NCBI GenBank assembly: GCA_014378285.1
Contig: JACMNZ010000098.1
Coordinates: 1-34,838, forward strand
Length of the DNA stretch: 34,838 bases
Reading direction: 5' to 3'
Source of the DNA: Pseudopedobacter sp.
Lineage (GTDB): Bacteria; Bacteroidota; Bacteroidia; Sphingobacteriales; Sphingobacteriaceae
This document shows, piece by piece, positions 28,451 through 34,838 of this stretch (its first letter is position 1; every line of letters starts with the position of its first letter). Both the position numbers and the translations under genes were made by a program. The notes under the pieces were generated by a model. The model was not told where the DNA came from, searched no databases, and saw nothing but the letters and a program-made list of their open reading frames with translations.

Positions 28451-28556
28451 AAAAAAAACGGGAAATACGCTTTACTTCCCGTCATCGATTAAAAAATTCT
28501 TGGGTTCACATACCAGCTTCGAAACAATGATGTGAACTAATATTATTTAACCTAAC
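28451..28556 (-). ncRNA. Candidate cis-antisense sRNA in the fecR-susC2 intergenic region (ends approximate)
   Basis: Minus-strand -7 box TACTTTTG (28567-28560) overlaps the susC2 ATG. There is an internal stem GTTCACAT/ATGTGAAC (28504-28537). Stem ACGGGAA/TTCCCGT (28458-28482) is followed on the minus strand by a T run, as in an intrinsic terminator. Confidence 0.55.
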
Positions 28557-28566
28557 ATCCAAAAGT

Positions 28567-31500
28567 ATGAAAAAAAATGTTTGGGACAGCCCTTATGTCC
28601 CAAAAAACCAATTATTTAAGATCCTAGTTTGCATGAAATTAACTTTTGCATTGATTTTAATACTGAGTTTGCAGCTTTCGGCCAAAGTGCACTCTCAAAA
28701 TATTACACTGAGTATAAAAAACACAAATCTTAGCAGGGCTTTAATGGAGATTGAGAAAAAATCATCATTTAGAGTTGTATTTAACGATGATGTAATTCCG
28801 AAAAATCAGAAATTTAGTATTGAAGCTGTAAATCAAGACATCAATGATGTATTAAACACCTTATTAATAAACACCAATCTAACCTACACTATATCGCAAA
28901 ATAATCTTTTAGTAATTAAATTAAAAGATAACGTTTTAGCAATAGATATAACCGGTAAAGTTGTAGATAATACCAATCAATCTTTAATTGGTGTAAGTGT
29001 AAAGATTAAAGGAACAAATAGAGGTACCGTAACTGATGTTAACGGGAATTATAAAATTTCTGTTGATGATAACAAAGCAGTTTTGGTTTTTAATTACATC
29101 GGATATGAACAAAAAGAAGTAGCTGTAGATAATCAAAAACTGATTAATGTTTCTTTAACAGTAAATCAGAAATCGTTAAACGAGGTAGTTGTTATCGGTT
29201 ATGGTGGCGTTAAAAAGAGTGATGTTACAGGTTCTGTATCCTCTATTAAAAGTAAGGAATTATCAGCTTATCCTTCATCAGGAGTACAACAAGCCATACA
29301 AGGAAGGGCTGCAGGTGTAACCGTAGCGGCAAACAATGGCGATCCTGGTGGTAGTTATAAAATCAGAATTCGGGGCGGTACGTCAATAAACGCCAGTAGT
29401 GATCCTCTTTTTGTTGTGGATGGTTTTGCTGGTGGGGTATTACCTCCATCTGAGGATATAGAATCTATGGAGATTTTAAAAGACGCATCAGCTACTGCTA
29501 TTTATGGATCTAGAGGAGCAAATGGTGTTATTATCATTTCTACAAAAAGAGGTAAATCTGGTAAAACAAAAATAGACTTTTCTACCTCTTACTCTGGCCA
29601 ACAAGAAATAAATAGATTACCGTTATTAAGTGGCGATCAGTTTACAAATTATATTAAAGCGATAAACCCAGCTTATGTTGGTGGTGGCGCAAATACAGAT
29701 TGGCAAAATTTAATTTTTAGATCTGGTAATATAAGTAGCTCACAATTGTCTTTTTCTGGAGGTAACGAAGGGGTTAAATATTACATCTCTGGTAATTATT
29801 ACGATCAACAAGGTATCATTATCAACTCTGGATATAGAAGATTTTCTATTACGAGCAACCTTGATTTTCAGGCAACAAATTGGTTAAAAGTAGGCTTAAA
29901 TCTATTTGCTCGTTCATCCCAAACTGATGGTGTAAGAACCCAAGAAGTATCTGGAGGTGCAAATAATACAGGTGTTGTGGCTAGTGCTTTCAAGTTTAAT
30001 CCTGATTTAGCAATAACTCAGCCTGACGGTACATTTACTATTGCCAGAATTGGAGACCCAATTGATAATCCATTTGCTTTGGCAAGTCAGCAACAAAATA
30101 ATACAAAAGGTGGTTTATACCAATACAATTTCTTTGCAGATTTTAACCTTGTTAAGAATTTAAAATTTAAAACCACATTTGGATCTTTTAACAATAGCGA
30201 TAGAAATGGAAACTTTATCCCAACCACTTTAAACGCTGGTAGATTAGTAGGTGGCGAGGGTTTAATAAACCAAAGCAACAGACTAAGTTATTTAAGTGAA
30301 AACTTCTTAACCTATTCTAACACATTTGCGAAAAAACATAATGTTACCTTATTAGGTGGTGCTTCTTACCAAAAATTTAGAGCAGAAGATTATGGCGCAA
30401 GAAGTCAATCTTTTTTAACTAACTCCGTTTCTTATTGGAATTTAGGGAGTGGCGCAGTTTCATTACCGGGTAACTCTAGTTTAACGGAGTCCCAATTAGC
30501 ATCATTATATGGTAGATTGAACTATAATTTTGACGATAGGTTCTTGTTTACCTTCAACACAAGATATGATGGTTCATCTAATTTTAGTAAAAACAATAAA
30601 TGGGCTTTTTTCCCTTCTGGTGCTTTAGCATGGAATATGCATAACGAGAAGTTTATGCAAAACATCAATGCAATAAGTAGTTTTAAATGGAGGGTAAGTT
30701 ATGGTTTAACAGGTAATCAGGCCATTAATCCTTATCAAACATTAGCGGGTTTCTCTTCAGTTTTTTCTGTAATTGGTAATTCACCAGTTAATGCAGTTAG
30801 GCCTACTTCTATCGCTAATGATGATTTGAAATGGGAAACTACAGCACAGCAAAATATAGGTATAGATGTTGGTTTAATAAACAACAGAATAAACTTTACT
30901 GCAGATTATTATAAATCTATAACTTCAGACTTATTATTTAATGTGCCTTTGCCTCAATATACTGGTTATAGTAGCCAATTACAAAACATAGGTAAAATCC
31001 AAAACTCAGGTTTAGAATTTACTTTAGGCACAAAAAATTTAACCGGTACATTTACTTGGAACACAGATTTTAACATTTCCTTTAACCGTAATAAAGTTTT
31101 AGAGTTGCCAAAAGGTAATGATATTTTATATGCAAATGCACCAGGTCACATGGTTGGAATTGGTCAAACCTCTCAAATATTGAGAGTAGGACAACCAATT
31201 GGTACTTTCTTCGGTTGGATTTATGATGGTGTTTACCAAACAGGAGACACATTTTTAACTGGTGGGGGATTTGAACAAGTTGCGGGTGGAGAAAAGTTTA
31301 GAGATATCAGCGGTAAAAAAGACAACAACGGTAGCCCTTTATTTACGCCAGATGGTATTATAAACAATGATGATAGAGCAATTATTGGTAACCCTAATCC
31401 TAAATTTACTTATGGTATAAATAATGATTTTGGCTTTAAAAACTTTGATTTGAATGTGTTTTTCCAAGGCTCACAGGGCAATGATATTTTAAGTTACACG

Positions 31501-31887
31501 CTTTTAGAGCTAGAAACAATTTCGGGAAGAAACAACGCTACTACAGAAGCTTTAAACAGATGGACACCAACAAACACGGATACGAATGTTCCAATCGCTT
31601 CTGCAACTAGGTCTCAAAGAGCATCTTCTAGGTTTGTATTTGATGGTAGCTATATCAGGTTAAAAAATATTGCATTAGGATATACATTGCCAAAAACTAC
31701 TGCAAATAAATTTAAGATGCAAAGTTTAAGAGTTTATGTAAGTGCGCAAAATATTCTTACCTCAACAAAATACAGAGGCTATGATCCAGAAGTAAACTAT
31801 AGAAGCTCTAACTTAAATGCCGGTGTAGATTATGCAAGTTATCCTAATGCGAAATCTGTTACAGCAGGAATAAACGTTGGTTTTTAA
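28567..31887 (+). CDS. susC: SusC/RagA TonB-dependent transducer with N-terminal STN signalling domain
   Basis: N-terminal extension ITLSIKN..L..AL.EIEKKS.F.V.F..L..LL..TNL.Y (STN), LNEVVVIGYG, DIESMEILKDASATAIYGSRGANGVIIISTKRG, RYDGSSNF, DGSYIRLKNI.LGY, C-terminal Phe. The MKLT Met (28633) is an alternative start. Confidence 0.97.
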   Translation: MKKNVWDSPYVPKNQLFKILVCMKLTFALILILSLQLSAKVHSQNITLSIKNTNLSRALMEIEKKSSFRVVFNDDVIPKNQKFSIEAVNQDINDVLNTLLINTNLTYTISQNNLLVIKLKDNVLAIDITGKVVDNTNQSLIGVSVKIKGTNRGTVTDVNGNYKISVDDNKAVLVFNYIGYEQKEVAVDNQKLINVSLTVNQKSLNEVVVIGYGGVKKSDVTGSVSSIKSKELSAYPSSGVQQAIQGRAAGVTVAANNGDPGGSYKIRIRGGTSINASSDPLFVVDGFAGGVLPPSEDIESMEILKDASATAIYGSRGANGVIIISTKRGKSGKTKIDFSTSYSGQQEINRLPLLSGDQFTNYIKAINPAYVGGGANTDWQNLIFRSGNISSSQLSFSGGNEGVKYYISGNYYDQQGIIINSGYRRFSITSNLDFQATNWLKVGLNLFARSSQTDGVRTQEVSGGANNTGVVASAFKFNPDLAITQPDGTFTIARIGDPIDNPFALASQQQNNTKGGLYQYNFFADFNLVKNLKFKTTFGSFNNSDRNGNFIPTTLNAGRLVGGEGLINQSNRLSYLSENFLTYSNTFAKKHNVTLLGGASYQKFRAEDYGARSQSFLTNSVSYWNLGSGAVSLPGNSSLTESQLASLYGRLNYNFDDRFLFTFNTRYDGSSNFSKNNKWAFFPSGALAWNMHNEKFMQNINAISSFKWRVSYGLTGNQAINPYQTLAGFSSVFSVIGNSPVNAVRPTSIANDDLKWETTAQQNIGIDVGLINNRINFTADYYKSITSDLLFNVPLPQYTGYSSQLQNIGKIQNSGLEFTLGTKNLTGTFTWNTDFNISFNRNKVLELPKGNDILYANAPGHMVGIGQTSQILRVGQPIGTFFGWIYDGVYQTGDTFLTGGGFEQVAGGEKFRDISGKKDNNGSPLFTPDGIINNDDRAIIGNPNPKFTYGINNDFGFKNFDLNVFFQGSQGNDILSYTLLELETISGRNNATTEALNRWTPTNTDTNVPIASATRSQRASSRFVFDGSYIRLKNIALGYTLPKTTANKFKMQSLRVYVSAQNILTSTKYRGYDPEVNYRSSNLNAGVDYASYPNAKSVTAGINVGF

Positions 31888-31902
31888 TAAAAATATTCAA
31901 AG

Positions 31903-33429
31903 ATGAAAAAGATATTAATAATAGCACTTGCGGTAACTGTTAGTTTGGTAGGTGTAAATTGTACTAAAATATTAGAAGAAAAACCAGTTGGATTATTAGC
32001 ACCAGAAGGTTTTTTCAAAACTAAAAAAGACGTAGAAGCTTCGATATTTGGAGCTTATGGGCAAATAGCATCTGAACCTTTGTTTGGCCGTCAGTTTTTA
32101 AGCGCATTGATGCTGAGGAGTGATATGGTAGATATTGGCGATAGAGCAACCAGTCCAGAAAGGATACAAGTGAATGATTTTAATATGGACTCAAACAATG
32201 GCATGGTGGCTAAATTTTGGCCGGTTTGGTATCAAGTAATTTCTGCAGCCAATACTGCCGAGGAAGGAGCAAGAAGCTTAGGTTTGGCAGAGGCAGATAT
32301 TAACCCACTTATTGCTGAAGCTAAATTTGTAAGAGCATTTAGTTATTTCCATTTAGTTAGGATTTTTGGCGACATACCGTACATCAGTGCTGTTTCAAGT
32401 CCAGAAGCTTTAAAAACTATTTCTAAAACTAAAGAAGCTGATGTTTATGCTGCAATTATTAAAGAAATGGAATTTGCCAAAAAATGGTTACCAGATACGC
32501 AACCTAATGATGTGCGCACAAGACCAACTAAAGCAACTGCTGCAGCATATTTAGCTTCAATGTATTTAACAACAGGCGATTTTGATAAAGCTTACGTAGA
32601 AGCTAAATGGGTAATAGACAATAAAATAAAATATAACCTTATTTTAGAATCAGATTTTCAAAACTTGTTTAGGGCTAATTTAGGAAACAATATGAAAGAG
32701 CATCTTTTCGCTGTTGATTTTGTTGGGCAGTTGTTTAGTACAGGTGGGCAAAATGATGATCTAATGGGCCCAATGACAGGGATGAGAGCTCCTATGCAAG
32801 AGAATGGTTTTGGGGTTTTAGTGCCATCTTTAAAGGTTTATACAGATTGGGATGCCGCCGATTACAGAAGAGCAGTTAGTTTTAATGATGTTGGGGTTAA
32901 TGGAGCAGGAGCAACTGTTCCTTATACTGCTTTTTCTAACGAAAAAAGACCACACATTGCTAAGTGGAGACGTTTTCCCGGCAATGCAATAGCCAACGGT
33001 AGATATTCTGATTTCAATTATCCCGATATGCGTTATGCAGAGGTTTTATTAATTGCGGCCGAAGCATTAACCGAGAAAAGCTCTGCTCCAACCCAAGAAG
33101 CCATTGATTACTTAAATCAAATAAGAACACGAGCTAGAAACAAAGCTGGTGCGCCACAATTAGCGCCAGCAAATCTATTGTTATCAAGTTTTACTTCCAA
33201 AGGGCAATTAATTGATGCTATTTTGGATGAAAGACGTTTGGAATTGGCATTTGAATTTAAACGTTGGTACGATATCAAAAGAAGAAAATTGGGTGACATT
33301 GTATTTAAAGGAACTAATTCTTTAGAACCACATGCCAATTTTGATGCTACTAGAGATTATCTGATGCCGTTACCGGCAACAGAATTACAATTAAACCCTA
33401 ATCTAAACCCTCAAAACCCAAAATATTAA
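31903..33429 (+). CDS. susD: SusD/RagB family glycan-binding lipoprotein
   Basis: Lipobox GVNC, EAKFVRAFSYFHLVRIFGDIP, MRYAEVLLIAAEA, ERRLELAFEFKRWYDIKR, PLP..E...NP...QNP.Y. Confidence 0.96.
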   Translation: MKKILIIALAVTVSLVGVNCTKILEEKPVGLLAPEGFFKTKKDVEASIFGAYGQIASEPLFGRQFLSALMLRSDMVDIGDRATSPERIQVNDFNMDSNNGMVAKFWPVWYQVISAANTAEEGARSLGLAEADINPLIAEAKFVRAFSYFHLVRIFGDIPYISAVSSPEALKTISKTKEADVYAAIIKEMEFAKKWLPDTQPNDVRTRPTKATAAAYLASMYLTTGDFDKAYVEAKWVIDNKIKYNLILESDFQNLFRANLGNNMKEHLFAVDFVGQLFSTGGQNDDLMGPMTGMRAPMQENGFGVLVPSLKVYTDWDAADYRRAVSFNDVGVNGAGATVPYTAFSNEKRPHIAKWRRFPGNAIANGRYSDFNYPDMRYAEVLLIAAEALTEKSSAPTQEAIDYLNQIRTRARNKAGAPQLAPANLLLSSFTSKGQLIDAILDERRLELAFEFKRWYDIKRRKLGDIVFKGTNSLEPHANFDATRDYLMPLPATELQLNPNLNPQNPKY

Positions 33430-33452
33430 AAGGTAGAACAGATTTTGTTACT

Positions 33453-33499
33453 AATCCCTAAAATTCTTTTTGTAAAAAGAATTTTAGGGATTTTTTTTT
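33453..33499 (+). terminator. Intrinsic terminator after susD2
   Basis: Perfect 19-bp inverted repeat AATCCCTAAAATTCTTTTT (33453-33471) / AAAAAGAATTTTAGGGATT (33474-33492), running into a T9 tract. Confidence 0.88.
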
Positions 33500-33607
33500 G
33501 AAATAAACTATAAACAGTTAATCATTTTCTATACGGGCAAAAAAACTGTTTATTCAGAGAATACTCCGAAGCTCTACTTCGGTAGTCAACAAGGCATAGT
33601 AAAACAG

Positions 33608-33615
33608 TAACTTTG
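33608..33615 (+). promoter_or_regulatory. Bacteroidota -7 promoter box of tnpA (probably a leaderless mRNA)
   Basis: TAACTTTG matches TAnnTTTG exactly and ends 4 nt before the ATG at 33620. Confidence 0.55.
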
Positions 33616-33619
33616 ATAT

Positions 33620-33913
33620 ATGGGTCATCATATTCACAAGAGCCATAATAAGAGTTTGCTTTTATATCATTTAGTTTGCCCAATTAAGTACAGGAGGAGT
33701 GTTTTAGCTAAAGATGTTGAAGAAAGTTTAGTGTGCAAATCAATTGAGAGTCGGTATGAGATTCATTTTGTTGAAATAGGAGCGGATGATAACCACGTTC
33801 ATTTTTTGATACAGAGTGTGCCGATGTTGTCAGTAAAGAGTATAGTTCAGGCAGTTAAAAGTATTACAGTATAAGAGTTATTCCGTCTTCATCCAGAAGT
33901 GAAACAGCAGCTC
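33620..33913 (+). pseudogene. tnpA: IS200/IS605 Y1 (HUH) transposase, nonsense mutation and 3' truncation
   Basis: LLYHLVCPIKYRR and DDNHVHFLI (HUH). After TAA at 33872-33874 the frame continues ELFRLHPEVKQQL, then homology stops before the WGG..W segment and the catalytic Tyr helix. Confidence 0.9.
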
Positions 33914-34138
33914 TGCTTCTGGGTCGTTCATTCCCCTAAACCCAACTGTTTGGAAATAATATAATATGCAAATTTTGCTTAATGCGCTCAGATAATCACT
34001 CCCTACATTTTACAGACTATATTGAGCATGAGACTAAGAATTATGCCTTATTCAAGAAAGAATTAAATGAATAGAATAATAGCACAATATGAATAATAGT
34101 ATGCTAATTAATATAATAAGGTATTTAAAGTCATTAAA

Positions 34139-34203
34139 TTAAGATTATATACCCTAATCTTTAAAATATTTTCCTTCTATTTTGTCTGCAAGTACTACTT
34201 TAG
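34139..34203 (+). promoter_or_regulatory. Candidate HTCS operator and -7 element upstream of GH2
   Basis: TTAAGATTATATACCC (34139; 14/16 identical to the 2260 copy), TTAAAATATTTTCCTT (34161) and TACTTTAG (34196). The second repeat starts 35 nt before the -7 box, as at susC1. Confidence 0.5.
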
Positions 34204-34236
34204 CATCACTAAATTAATAGATCAAAATCCAAATTA

Positions 34237-34838
34237 ATGAAGCTGATAAAGATTTTTATTTTTGCAGGAATTATTTTCTCGTTTTTCAATAGTCAAGCTC
34301 AACAATCAAAAAGACTACATAACAATTGGGAGTTTTTAAAAAGTGATTTGGGTGGAATTTGGGAAGCTATGCGTCCTGCAAAACCCGGGAGTTCTGAAAG
34401 TGTCCCTATCTGGACAAAAGTGAACCTGCCCCATTGTTTTAACGCTGAGGATGCGGTTGATCCTGATGTCAATTATTACCAAGGACCGGGCTGGTACCGT
34501 ACAAATTTGAAAATTGAAAACCCATACCAAAACGGAAGAACTTTACTACATTTTGAAGGTGCGGGGCAAAAAACACAGGTTTATGTTTACAATACCAAAG
34601 TTGGTGAACATATCGGCGGTTATGACGAATGGACGGTTGATATTACCGATGCAGTTGCGGATTTTAAGAAAGACACTTCCTTTTCTAAACGTTTTGCAAA
34701 TCAAGTCCCAATCGCTATTAGATGCTATAATTCCAGAGATTTAGAAATGATTCCATCTGATTTGGCACATTTCAATATTTACGGAGGGATTTATCGCTAC
34801 CTAAATCTGGATTAACAACCTCAACTTTCTATTGATAA
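34237..34838 (+). CDS. GH2 glycoside hydrolase, N-terminal sugar-binding domain (in-frame TAA at 34813-34815: pseudogene or sequence error; runs off the window)
   Basis: Signal peptide, W..V.LPHCFN..D, YYQGPGWYR, LHFEGAGQ..VYV, HIGGY..W.VDIT, FNIYGGIYR. After the stop the frame continues QPQLSID to the edge. Confidence 0.85.

Larger units (their letters stand above)
33554..33931 (+). mobile_element. IS200/IS605-family element, internally deleted relic (boundaries approximate)
   Basis: Left subterminal hairpin CCGAAG-CTCTA-CTTCGG (33566-33582), a tnpA fragment, and a related half-hairpin AGCTCTGCTTCTGGGTCGTTCA (33909-33930) interpreted as the right end. Confidence 0.75.

Noticed and set aside
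33510-33553. 10-bp inverted repeat ATAAACAGTT/AACTGTTTAT next to the IS left end (possible invertible element or MITE)
   Set aside because: It is AT-rich with only a 24-nt spacer, contains no promoter box, and there is no recombinase nearby.
33982-34074. 30-aa ORF MRSDNHSLHFTDYIEHETKNYALFKKELNE after the IS relic
   Set aside because: It has no recognisable motif or expression signal. It may be a gene tail but cannot be supported from sequence alone.
4032-34744. Numerous 60-104 aa alternative-frame or antisense ORFs in the ORF track (e.g. 4032-4214, 5594-5782, 9915-10160, 19955-20209, 22732-23046, 33117-33338, 34514-34744)
   Set aside because: All lie wholly within long, motif-bearing CDSs and show no recognisable domains. 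They are expected by-products of codon bias.

Overview
AT-rich Bacteroidota DNA (Sphingobacteriaceae/Pedobacter-like by gene style, an inference) that is almost entirely polysaccharide-utilization loci (PULs), with all intact genes on the + strand. PUL-1 (about 1-25.8 kb) has the 3' end of a hybrid two-component regulator, SusC/SusD, a fasciclin lipoprotein, an uncharacterised surface lipoprotein, three Cys-type sulfatases interleaved with three paralogous GH43s, an SGNH esterase, an unclassified beta-helix protein, a GH146/GH127 beta-L-arabinofuranosidase and a GH51 alpha-L-arabinofuranosidase. This set points to a sulfated, arabinose-rich glycan (inference). An ECF-sigma/FecR/STN-SusC/SusD module (26.7-33.4 kb) follows, then an IS200/IS605 relic and a GH2 gene with an in-frame stop near the window end. 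The ORF track misses several features: a decayed T9SS-cargo gene (about 0.9-1.65 kb); a decayed copy of the GH2 5' end at about 26 kb, so that GH2 sequences bracket the ECF module; a TTAAGATT-type direct-repeat operator placed similarly before susC1 and GH2; a candidate ~105-nt antisense sRNA whose -7 box overlaps the susC2 start codon; and a probable microhomology deletion fusing tnpA to the IS right end. No rRNA, tRNA or CRISPR array was seen.
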